In this document: in pieces, positions 56,572 to 64,000 of the stretch
Numbering within the stretch: the first letter of the stretch is position 1
How the letters are laid out: every line of letters starts with the position of its first letter
Assembly (NCBI GenBank): GCA_041751055.1
Contig: JBGSYD010000047.1
Coordinates: forward strand, 71,875 to 135,874
DNA length: 64,000 nt
DNA from: Acidimicrobiia bacterium
Lineage (GTDB): Bacteria > Actinomycetota > Acidimicrobiia > Spongiisociales > ZC4RG35
Direction of reading: 5' to 3'
The notes under the pieces: model-generated
What the model saw: the letters and a program-made list of their open reading frames with translations, nothing else
The model's database searches: none
What the model was told of the DNA's origin: nothing
Program-made: the position numbers and the translations under genes

Positions 56572-56576
56572 TGGGA

Positions 56577-57509
56577 CTATCTCCGTTCGACGAGCGAACC
56601 AGGGACATCCGACCCTGTGATCTCAACGAGCTGGTCCCAGAGTAGAGCGCGATCCTCTCCGGTTTCACGAGTGGAGTCCATTAAGTGCAACGGAGCCTGG
56701 CCCCGATCAAACCAGAAACTGCCTGATTTGCCTGGCTCGTCCGCTGAGGCAAGCCACACGATGGTGTCAGCACCTTGTGCAGTGTTCCGCAGTAGTGGCC
56801 GCATGAGCTTGTAGAAGACAGGCAGGGATCCTTGGACTCCTGCGGTCGCCGACCAGCCCGGATGCATCGAGTGGAAGGCGACTTTGGCCGGGTCGAGGCG
56901 TTTCGCCCACTCTTTGGTCACTATGACTTGCGCTCTCTTGGTGCGGGCGTAAGCCGTTGATCCCGAATAGGAGTCGATCTCGTTTTGCAGATCGGTCGGA
57001 TGGAGTCTCTGGGAGTACATCCCGCCGGAGGTGATATTGACGACCCGGGCCGGTGCAGACCCCACAAGCCTGGGTAGGAGGAGGTTTGTGAGCAAGAACT
57101 GACCAGCGAGATTGGTGGCGAAAGTGGTCTCGAGGCCCTCCACGGTTTCGGAACGCTCGGGTAGCAACACACCCACGTTATTGATCAAGACATCGACTCG
57201 AGGGACCGAATCGAGGACATCGGCAGCGAGGTTTCGTACATCCGCCATCAGGCTCAGGTCCGCCCTGAACGGCATGGCGTTTTGCCCAATTGATCGAGCG
57301 GCACTGTCGAGTTTGTCGCGGTTGCGGCCCACGATGACGACCCGGGCACCCAACCCGGCCAGAGTTTCGGCGGTCTCGAAGCCGAGGCCTCCGGTCGCCC
57401 CGGTGATAGCCACGACTTTCCCGGTCATATCAGTGTCGATTGGTTCGAATCGGCGGGCGTGCCAGAAATAGCCGACGTTCGTGAAACTGGCGATCGATAG
57501 CTTTTTCAC
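56577..57509 (-). CDS. SDR family oxidoreductase (retinol-dehydrogenase-like, N-terminally extended)
   Basis: VAITGATGGLG, NNVG, and YARTK (YxxxK). The GTG start overlaps the upstream stop in GTGA form. Confidence 0.75.
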   Translation of the reverse strand: MKKLSIASFTNVGYFWHARRFEPIDTDMTGKVVAITGATGGLGFETAETLAGLGARVVIVGRNRDKLDSAARSIGQNAMPFRADLSLMADVRNLAADVLDSVPRVDVLINNVGVLLPERSETVEGLETTFATNLAGQFLLTNLLLPRLVGSAPARVVNITSGGMYSQRLHPTDLQNEIDSYSGSTAYARTKRAQVIVTKEWAKRLDPAKVAFHSMHPGWSATAGVQGSLPVFYKLMRPLLRNTAQGADTIVWLASADEPGKSGSFWFDRGQAPLHLMDSTRETGEDRALLWDQLVEITGSDVPGSLVERR

Positions 57510-57934
57510 GACTCGAGGCGGCCGGCCAGCCCATCGAGTGCCCGCCGTCCCACTCTTCTGAAAACCGGTCCCATGAAAGGCGTCAGGTACTTCATGAAAT
57601 TGTTGAAGGTGATCTCGCTCGTGTAGATGATTCGGGTTTCTGAATCCGCCGTTTCGAATCGGATCTCATCGATGGCAGTCCATCCGTCGGCGGTACCTTG
57701 CAACCTCACTCGCTGGTTTGGCTCGTAGTCGGTGACTTCAAATGTCGCCTGACCCGTGGAACTTCCAAATTTCACGTCCAGGTCGAATTTGGTGCCCTCC
57801 CCGATCGGGCCATCGCCGATCTGGCGGGACGACTCGATGCCAGGGTCCCATTGCTCGATGTTGGAAAAGTCTGCGGTGTACTTGAACGCGGTCTCTGGTG
57901 ATGTCGAGACCGTTCTCTCTTCGTGAAGTTTCAT
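57506..57934 (-). CDS. SRPBCC-superfamily protein (polyketide cyclase/dehydrase / AHSA1-like)
   Basis: 143 aa from the internal Met (MKLHEERTV...). TAFKYTADFSNIEQWDPG is the typical SRPBCC N-terminal pattern. Confidence 0.6.
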   Translation of the reverse strand: MKLHEERTVSTSPETAFKYTADFSNIEQWDPGIESSRQIGDGPIGEGTKFDLDVKFGSSTGQATFEVTDYEPNQRVRLQGTADGWTAIDEIRFETADSETRIIYTSEITFNNFMKYLTPFMGPVFRRVGRRALDGLAGRLES

Positions 57935-58072
57935 GTTCGCTATTCGGAGCCGAGGTCCGTCGTGGATGTTCCAACTTAACCTTCGGATCGGTGGCCCACC
58001 GGGGTCCACTCGGGGAAGTCCCCGATAGAAAGTGTCACACCTCGCGTCGATGATGAGGGTATGGAGATATTC

Positions 58073-58162
58073 ATGAACCTGGCCGCCGGGTTGACGGGGG
58101 CGATATTGATGCTGATCGGCCTCTATTCGATCGCTTCGATTTGGTCCGACGAGCTTCCGTAG
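58073..58162 (+). CDS. candidate small hydrophobic peptide (29 aa)
   Basis: MNLAAGLTGAILMLIGLYSIASIWSDELP, a single predicted TM helix. GGAG lies 9-12 nt upstream. It sits in a 250-nt intergenic gap. Very weak evidence; could be fortuitous. Confidence 0.2.
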   Translation: MNLAAGLTGAILMLIGLYSIASIWSDELP

Positions 58163-58183
58163 AGCTCTTGCCAACGATGGCGG

Positions 58184-58681
58184 CTACCTTCCGCCGGGGT
58201 TTTCAATTCGTCTAGCCGGGGCTGCCTTGGTGACGTCGGCCACCGTGGCGTCCAATAGGTGGATGAGGTCGGCCCCATTCAAAGCAAGCGAAACGCCGTG
58301 TTCACCACCGCCGATCGACACAGTTCCAGTCGATATGCGCTCGTCCGCTATTGCCGACCATTGCTGGGTTGATCCCAGCGGGGTGATCGTTCCGCGGACA
58401 TATCCTGTGGCTTGAAGGGCCGTCTCAGCGTCTGGCATCGAAATTCGATTTACGCCAAGGAGGTCCCGAAGTTTGGGCCAGGCGATCACCCGATCACCAG
58501 GGACCAACACGAAGACATAGTCACCTTCTTCGACTCGCACCACCATGGTTTTGATCACTGCACCAGGTGCGACACCTCTCAACCTGGCAGCTTCTTCCAA
58601 GGAATCGACGGGGCCGTGCCGCACTACCTGGTACTCGATACCAAGGAGTCTGGGGTCTTCCAGCGCCGGATTCGAAGGCAT
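58184..58681 (-). CDS. YbaK/ProX-family aminoacyl-tRNA deacylase
   Basis: 166 aa from the internal Met. The pattern is K.MVV....GDYVFVLVPGD..I...KL....G..RISMPDAE......GY..G.ITPLG, which is YbaK-like. Confidence 0.7.
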   Translation of the reverse strand: MPSNPALEDPRLLGIEYQVVRHGPVDSLEEAARLRGVAPGAVIKTMVVRVEEGDYVFVLVPGDRVIAWPKLRDLLGVNRISMPDAETALQATGYVRGTITPLGSTQQWSAIADERISTGTVSIGGGEHGVSLALNGADLIHLLDATVADVTKAAPARRIENPGGR

Positions 58682-58740
58682 CCCGTTGACGGTAGCTGTC
58701 GTTTCGCTCGCCTTTATGAGGCAATCCTTATCTTGATCAC

Positions 58741-60105
58741 GTGAAGATTCTGGCCATTTTCGTATTGCTGGTCTCGGCGTGCTCTCAGACAGCAGCACCC
58801 AAAGGAGAGTTCTTGGAACCCATCGAAGACGGTTCCGAATACCCGCCGGCACCGGAAGTTCCAGCCGGCCCATTAGCGGACAGTGTTGTGAACGAACTGG
58901 GATCGTTGTTGGCGTCCATCAATCAGAACGGTTTCGATGCTGAAGCCGTGGCTGCGATCGGCGCACAAGGCGATCCCCGGGTCGGGTGGTTCCTGGCCGA
59001 CCTCATGCGTTTCTTTCAATCTCCCGGCCCGGCCGCTCAGCTGACGAGGGCGTTTGAGGCTGCCACCGGAACACGGATCGACCCTACGGGAGGCGTTGGT
59101 TTTGTCGAGGCCTTCAACGTGCTGATCGCCTGGGATCTCCCCGCCTGGGATGGCTACGACGAATGGAAGAGAGATCTTTACACGATCCTGGAGCCTGGAT
59201 GGGCTCCGTTCTTCGATCAGAATGTGTCGATCGACTGGAGACTCATCACCTGGGGTGGTGTTTTGATCGATGATCGTCCGCTCGGCGATTCTGAGCCGTG
59301 TCCGCGCAGCTGCATACCCGCCATCGACGACCCGCCGACGGTGCCCGGTGACGAAGTGACGTGGCTCGCCGACAGCGACGTGGTTTTCGGCCTGACCCTG
59401 AACGGAGAATCGCTGGCCCTGCCACGGAATCAGATGGAAGTCCATGAGATGGCAAATTTGACCGTCGGTGGGAGGAGGTTGGGGATCCCCTACTGCACCC
59501 TTTGCGGTTCAGCTCAGGCGTATCTGACTGACTCGGTCCCAGACGAGTTTCCGACGGCAGTTCTGCGGACGTCGGGTCTTCTGTCGCGATCCAACAAGGT
59601 CATGTACGACCTTGAGACTCATTCCGTGTTCGACACGTTCACCGGGCAGGCCCTTTCCGGCCCACTCGGAGTGGAGGGCGTCATCCTCGATCAAGTCACG
59701 GTGGTTACGAGCACATGGGGGGAGTGGTTGGCTAGCCATCCAGACACACAGGTGATAGCCCGGGATGGTGGGTTGGGCAGGTCCTATGATCGAAACCCAT
59801 TGGGAGATCGCGATGCCGACGGTCCCATCTTCCCCGTAGGGCCGGTAGATCCCAGACTGCCCGTGCACGAGAGGGTGGTCGGGGTCATTGCCGCCGACGG
59901 AACGGCAGTTGCGTTTCCGGTGGAGACGACGAGACAGGCCCTGCTTGCCGGGGACAGAGTTGCGTTCAAGGACCTTTCGGTCGAACTCGACGGGGACGGG
60001 TTGCGAATCGTTGGTCCCGATGGCGAAATCCCTGCCCATGAATCTTTCTGGTTCGCCTGGAGCCAGTTCCATCTCCCAACCCTCGTTTGGTATCCGGGGT
60101 CATAG
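58741..60105 (+). CDS. DUF3179-family lipoprotein
   Basis: GTG start. Signal peptide with lipobox LLVSACS. The family assignment is by recalled similarity only. Confidence 0.55.
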   Translation: MKILAIFVLLVSACSQTAAPKGEFLEPIEDGSEYPPAPEVPAGPLADSVVNELGSLLASINQNGFDAEAVAAIGAQGDPRVGWFLADLMRFFQSPGPAAQLTRAFEAATGTRIDPTGGVGFVEAFNVLIAWDLPAWDGYDEWKRDLYTILEPGWAPFFDQNVSIDWRLITWGGVLIDDRPLGDSEPCPRSCIPAIDDPPTVPGDEVTWLADSDVVFGLTLNGESLALPRNQMEVHEMANLTVGGRRLGIPYCTLCGSAQAYLTDSVPDEFPTAVLRTSGLLSRSNKVMYDLETHSVFDTFTGQALSGPLGVEGVILDQVTVVTSTWGEWLASHPDTQVIARDGGLGRSYDRNPLGDRDADGPIFPVGPVDPRLPVHERVVGVIAADGTAVAFPVETTRQALLAGDRVAFKDLSVELDGDGLRIVGPDGEIPAHESFWFAWSQFHLPTLVWYPGS

Positions 60106-60143
60106 CTTCCGCAAGTTCGGTGGCCAACCGCGACAATGGGGCG

Positions 60144-60659
60144 ATGGAACGACACGACCCCCCTCACTCCGGCGGCGAACTGGAACTTCTGAATGCCTTC
60201 CTCGATTACCAGCGGGCGACGCTCGTCAACAAGGCGGAAGGTCTCGACGACCGACAGGCAGGCACGGCATCGGTCCCGCCCTCGACCCTGACGATCTCGG
60301 GTCTCCTCAAACACATGGCTCTGGTTGAGGCGAACTGGTTTCCGAACATTCTCCTGGGTGGGAGTTGGGGGGAGCCGTGGGACAGTGCACCCTTCAACGA
60401 GGACCGCGATTGGGAGTTCAACTCCGCTCCGAACGACAAGCTATCCGATCTGATCGATCTCTACTCGATCACCTGCGAGCGCAGCCGACAAATCGTCGCT
60501 GGCGCCTCGTCCCTGGATCAAATCTCTGAGAAGAGCACCCATCGGGGGGATCGAGCGAGCCTTCGGTGGATTCTGCTCCACATGATCGAAGAGACCGCCC
60601 GTCACGCCGGCCACGCCGATCTCATTCGTGAATCGATCGACGGGCAGACGGGTATATAG
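60144..60659 (+). CDS. DinB_2 / DUF664-family protein
   Basis: Start chosen at MERHDPPH. The C-terminus WILLHMIEETARHAGHADLIRESIDG is characteristic of DUF664 (DinB-superfamily four-helix-bundle metal-binding proteins). Confidence 0.6.
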   Translation: MERHDPPHSGGELELLNAFLDYQRATLVNKAEGLDDRQAGTASVPPSTLTISGLLKHMALVEANWFPNILLGGSWGEPWDSAPFNEDRDWEFNSAPNDKLSDLIDLYSITCERSRQIVAGASSLDQISEKSTHRGDRASLRWILLHMIEETARHAGHADLIRESIDGQTGI

Positions 60660-60799
60660 GCGTTGCTGTGAACCTATAGGACAGGATGGCCTGATATAAC
60701 GGCGGTCGTCATCGGGACAGATGTCCCTCTGCGTTGGCGTCTGATCAGTTCTTGGTGCGAATCGCTCAGGTGGCAGCGCTTCAGGCCGCAACACGACTG

Positions 60800-61314
60800 T
60801 CAAGCCTTGAATGTCCCCGGTCTCGGCTGTGTCCGGGGGTCTTTGAAATCAACTTCCCACGGGAACTTTCCATTCAGGTCTGCATAAGTGAGTTGCAAAA
60901 CCGGCACCGAATACAGGTCGGGTCTCTGGTAATACCGATTGGCGGAGAAGACGATATCGCCGGCGTTGGGCACGACGTCGGGAATGATTGGACGGGACCA
61001 CTCCTCGAGGTCCACGGGTATACCAGGCATCAATGGTTCGCCGGAGCGAAACTCGGCGCCCCAGGCCGTTGAGTACGACAGTCGCCGTTTGCGGGTCGAC
61101 ACTGAAAATGAGCAACTCGGGATGCGCCAGCCCGAACAAACCGACCGTGTATGCAAACGGAGGTCCGTCGTCCGGCGGACAGTCACAGCCTGGTCTGGAG
61201 CAAGCGTCGCCTCGCGTCGCCTCCTACGTATTGAATGAGCCAACCGTGATTCCTGACGACCTCGGCGGTGCGAGCGTTTTCGTGATCACTCCAAGCCTGA
61301 ATCTGAGCATCCAT
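60800..61314 (-). pseudogene. frameshifted DUF4262-like gene (two frame changes)
   Basis: On the minus strand, AAGGAG-N5-ATG at 61314 opens MDAQIQAWSDHENARTAEVVRNHGWLIQYVGGD. The reading then continues in two other frames, first as ...PPFAYTVGLFGLAHPELLIFSVDPQTATVVLNGLG and then as ...EPLMPGIPVDLEEWSRPIIPDV...PWEVDFKDP. The first shift coincides with a perfect 10-bp tandem duplication at 61204-61223. The second is near the G/C run around 61050-61065. Confidence 0.55.
61204..61223. repeat. perfect 10-bp tandem direct duplication (GCGTCGCCTC x2)
   Basis: Read directly from the sequence: gcgtcgcctc gcgtcgcctc. Removing one copy restores the DUF4262-like reading frame. Confidence 0.9.
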
Positions 61315-61714
61315 TTGTCTCCTTCCCTTGTTTGCGAACGTAGCGTTGGGCAGGGATAGGATTTGGAATGCGACTCCTGGTCAGCCGCTCAGGCGTCCTG
61401 TCGGGACCCAGAGTGTGCAAAATCTGACGGAAAGTGGTCGTTAGCGAAAAGTTTCGCGTTCAGTTGGCATCAGAAAACATGTGGTCTATATTTCGACCCG
61501 TAAGGTCCATGTGGCGAGAACGAGAGTTGGGTGCCTTCCCAGCTAAGAGCCAGGCAATAGGAGCCAGGCGATCGTCGAACCTGAGTCGGCTTCGGTCGGC
61601 ATAGGAATTTCGTCAGATGGGCCTTACACCTTTTTGTGGTACATCAGGTAGCCACATCCTTCCAACCCGTCGGACTTTGTCTTGCTCGCGTCCAGTCCGT
61701 AGCCTCAACAGCGC

Positions 61715-62848
61715 ATGGCAGACGAACGATTCAGTCTCAAGGACCATCTGTTCAATCGGGACACAGTCAGCCGCCTCGCCGGGTGGTTCGTTGCGGCCGA
61801 CGCTGGCTTTTCGGCCGACAACTTCATTGAAGAGGTCATGGCCGAGCTTCCATCGCTTGAACTCAAGCAACGAATTTCTCTCATCGCCGACGTGCTCGCC
61901 AACTATCTTCCCTCTGATTTTTCTGAAGCGGCCGACCGCATCCTTCCGGCACTTCCACCGCCACTCGATCCAAATCTGAGCGACGACGATTTCGGAGAGT
62001 TCATCATCGCTCCGCTCGGTGAAGTGGTGGCCACTCGGGGGATTGGGCCCGAACACCGACAACGGTCCCTGATTCTGCTTGGAGAGCTCACCAAGCGATT
62101 CTCCATGGAGGGTGCCATTCGCCCCTTCCTCGACCTCTACCCGGAAGAGACAATGGCGCACCTCACCCGATGGGCTGAGGATCAGAACTATCACGTTCGC
62201 AGGCTGGTCAGCGAGGGAACCCGACCGCTCCTGCCGTGGGCACCGAGGATCAAGCTCGAACCCGGACAGGCAATTCCGCTATTGGACACCCTCCATTCCG
62301 ACCCCACCCGATATGTGACCCGTTCTGTCGCGAACCACCTCAACGACATTTCCAAGACCGACCCCGAACTCGTCATCAAGACCCTGCGACGATGGCGCAA
62401 GTCGGGCCAACAGGACGCGAAAGAACTCGCGTGGATCACCAGGCATTCTCTGCGCACTCTGGTCAAGGAAGGCGATCCGGCGACTATGGAATTCCTCGGT
62501 TTCTCACCAAGGCCCGACGTCTCCGTAGACCCCATATCCTTGCTGCACCAGGTGCCGCTTCACATTGGCGATGTGCTCGAGTTCGAGTTCGGTGTTACTG
62601 CCCGGCAGGACGAGAAAGTGATCATCGATTATCTGATCGACTTTGCAAAGGAAGACGGGACCACGAGGTCAAAAGTATTCAAGCTCAAGCAAACGTCGGT
62701 CGCCAGGGGTGAAACAAAGCTCATCAAGAAGAGGCACCCGCTCCGGGCCGATGCCACCACCTTTACCCTGTTTCCGGGGACTCACCGATTGACTATTCAG
62801 ATCAATGGAAACCGGTTCGCGAGCACCATTTTTGAATTGGTCGATTGA
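61715..62848 (+). CDS. DNA alkylation repair protein (AlkC/AlkD-like HEAT-repeat glycosylase family)
   Basis: 377 aa. The ...HVRRLVSEGTRPLLPWAP... segment is characteristic of the DNA-alkylation-repair family (PF08713-like). Confidence 0.6.
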   Translation: MADERFSLKDHLFNRDTVSRLAGWFVAADAGFSADNFIEEVMAELPSLELKQRISLIADVLANYLPSDFSEAADRILPALPPPLDPNLSDDDFGEFIIAPLGEVVATRGIGPEHRQRSLILLGELTKRFSMEGAIRPFLDLYPEETMAHLTRWAEDQNYHVRRLVSEGTRPLLPWAPRIKLEPGQAIPLLDTLHSDPTRYVTRSVANHLNDISKTDPELVIKTLRRWRKSGQQDAKELAWITRHSLRTLVKEGDPATMEFLGFSPRPDVSVDPISLLHQVPLHIGDVLEFEFGVTARQDEKVIIDYLIDFAKEDGTTRSKVFKLKQTSVARGETKLIKKRHPLRADATTFTLFPGTHRLTIQINGNRFASTIFELVD

Positions 62849-63070
62849 CGTTGGCCAAGGAATGTCAGGCGCCCTCTTTCATTTCGGAACTCTGGACGGC
62901 ACAATCAGCCGACGATGCCGATCGCATGGCGTGATGAGGACGAGGGGCTCCCGATCACTTTTGGCCAGTGCTCCAACGGGGAGTACGAGCCCGAGCCGAT
63001 AACACCCGCCCGGGTCGAGATGGAACAGGTCGCGCTTGGTGATATCGACGCTTCCGTTGCCCGGTCGGGC

Positions 63071-64000
63071 ATGACGAGGCGGCAGTTCCTCAGGTCGGCC
63101 TGTTCTTTGGCAGTATGTCTGACGGCGATCGATGGTGTTGTCGCCCGGGCCACCGGGCACCCGGCGGGTTTGTGGTACCCGTTCGACCCGATCGCTCGTT
63201 ACGACACCGCTGCGGCTCAGAGCATTATCGGGCCCTCGCAGTTCGTATTCGACGTGGAGGGTCACCTTCTCGAATACGACCTCGACCCGTCGACGGCCGG
63301 CGACTGGTTCTGGGGTAAGCAGTTCCCTCAAGCGAATTGCGAAGATGAGGACGATCCCCGGGCCTGCTTTTCGACCAACCACTTTCTCGAAGAGCTCTTC
63401 ATCCGCTCTGACACCACGATGGTGGCCCTGTCCGGTCTCCCGATCAACCCCGAGGGAAGTCCGCTTTCCAATGAGGTTATGGAAGAAACCCGCCGTCTTG
63501 TTCTTGCGTTGTCCGGCGACGAGCGCGTGGTCGTCAACGCTCTGGCCCTGCCCCAGACGGCCAGTTCGGGTGCACTAATCGAGGAAATGGAAAAGACCGT
63601 TTCGGAGAATGGGGTGTCGGGGTGGAAGACCTTCACCCACTTCCCTGCCAACCTCCACTGGTGGCTTGACGACCATGATCCGGCGTTTCCAGCGGTTGCG
63701 AACCCATTCTTAGAGCAGCTCGTCAAGCTGAACACACCGATTCTCTTCGTCCACAAAGGCCTATCAAACGGTGGTCGCTACGGCTCACCGGAAGATATCG
63801 GTCCTGCGGCGAAGACCCACCCTGACGTCACCTTCGTGGTGTATCACTCGGGTTTCGAGGTGGCGCAGTATGAAGGGCCGTACACGGAGGGCACGGCCAA
63901 CCGGGGCGTAAACCGGCTGATCACCTCGCTCGAAAAGGCCGGAATCGGGCCGGGCCAGAACGTCTGCGCCGAATTGGGTTCGACCTGGTGGCACTTGCTG
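63071..64000 (+). CDS. Tat-exported amidohydrolase-family protein (N-terminal part; runs past the window end)
   Basis: The frame has no stop from 62849 to 64000. ATG 63071 gives MTRRQFLRSACSLAVCLTAIDGVVARA, which has the Tat consensus T-RR-QFL-R plus a hydrophobic core and an AxA cleavage site. The mature part has amidohydrolase_2-like segments (FDVEGHLL, ILFVHKG, VVYHSGF). Confidence 0.6.
   Translation, partial: MTRRQFLRSACSLAVCLTAIDGVVARATGHPAGLWYPFDPIARYDTAAAQSIIGPSQFVFDVEGHLLEYDLDPSTAGDWFWGKQFPQANCEDEDDPRACFSTNHFLEELFIRSDTTMVALSGLPINPEGSPLSNEVMEETRRLVLALSGDERVVVNALALPQTASSGALIEEMEKTVSENGVSGWKTFTHFPANLHWWLDDHDPAFPAVANPFLEQLVKLNTPILFVHKGLSNGGRYGSPEDIGPAAKTHPDVTFVVYHSGFEVAQYEGPYTEGTANRGVNRLITSLEKAGIGPGQNVCAELGSTWWHLL

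Noticed and set aside
57436-57452. tRNA T-loop-like motif GGTTCGAATC
   Set aside because: It lies inside the SDR coding sequence (56577-57509), no acceptor or anticodon stems could be built around it, and no cloverleaf is evident. I found no tRNA genes anywhere in the window.
63115-63318. Listed ORFs 63115-63318 +, 63132-63578 + and 62879-63382 - as separate small genes
   Set aside because: Codon-by-codon reading shows a single stop-free frame from 62849 to the window end with a Tat signal and amidohydrolase-like motifs. The listed ORFs are alternative-frame artefacts overlapping it.
1-64000. Mobile elements, prophage, CRISPR arrays, rRNA
   Set aside because: No transposase, integrase, recombinase, phage structural gene or Cas gene was found. 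No spaced direct-repeat arrays. No rRNA-like low-GC structured blocks. GC content looks uniform except the 61.3-61.7 kb gap.

Overview
This is a high-GC, gene-dense chromosomal segment that looks actinobacterial. The evidence is a sigE-like ECF sigma with a zinc anti-sigma partner, a UPF0182 (Rv3193c-like) membrane protein next to a Lon/PDZ protein, AhpE-type peroxiredoxins, and a DivIVA-domain protein. About 65 protein-coding genes are supported. Most are arranged in tightly packed, translationally coupled operons (ATGA/GTGA start-stop overlaps). I found no rRNA, tRNA, CRISPR array, transposase, integrase or phage gene.

Content, in order:
- Positions 1-10.6 kb: catabolic blocks. These are an FAD monooxygenase, an MFS transporter, Gfo/Idh/MocA oxidoreductases, an amidohydrolase-2 enzyme, HIBADH-like dehydrogenases, and a minus-strand CoA module (NDP-forming acyl-CoA synthetase, family-III CoA-transferase, CitE-like lyase).
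- 11.2-20.4 kb: a 10-gene plus-strand operon. It couples a cyclic amidohydrolase, a HisD paralog, a cyclase-family hydrolase and redox enzymes to a NitT/TauT-type ABC importer.
- 20.4-23.7 kb: an aldehyde dehydrogenase / alpha-beta hydrolase / HIBADH-like operon.
- 23.9-27.0 kb: an NYN + tandem OST-HTH (LOTUS) protein, translationally coupled to a DAO-family FAD oxidoreductase and an ornithine-cyclodeaminase-family enzyme.
- 27-36 kb: ung, a ClC channel, a tatA-sigE-antisigma-secreted-protein cluster preceded by a GGAAC-N17-CGTT ECF promoter, htrA and moaE.
- 36.7-44.2 kb: an acyl-CoA ligase plus a Liv-type ABC importer.
- 44-64 kb: bioY, a Lon/PDZ - DivIVA - UPF0182 block, infA, a cell-wall amidase, a FabH-like/SDR/SRPBCC group, ybaK, DUF3179, an AlkD-like repair protein, and a Tat-exported amidohydrolase that runs off the 3' edge.

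Most notable: an AhpE-like peroxiredoxin gene (10665-11192) has an in-frame TGA exactly at the peroxidatic-cysteine codon, with a small hairpin 9 nt downstream. This is a candidate selenocysteine peroxiredoxin. A conventional Cys-containing AhpE paralog lies at 33334-33792. Other points of note are a frameshifted DUF4262 pseudogene caused by a perfect 10-bp tandem duplication, and several intergenic inverted repeats or hairpins. All functional calls are homology or motif recognition from the translations only; nothing was searched or computed.
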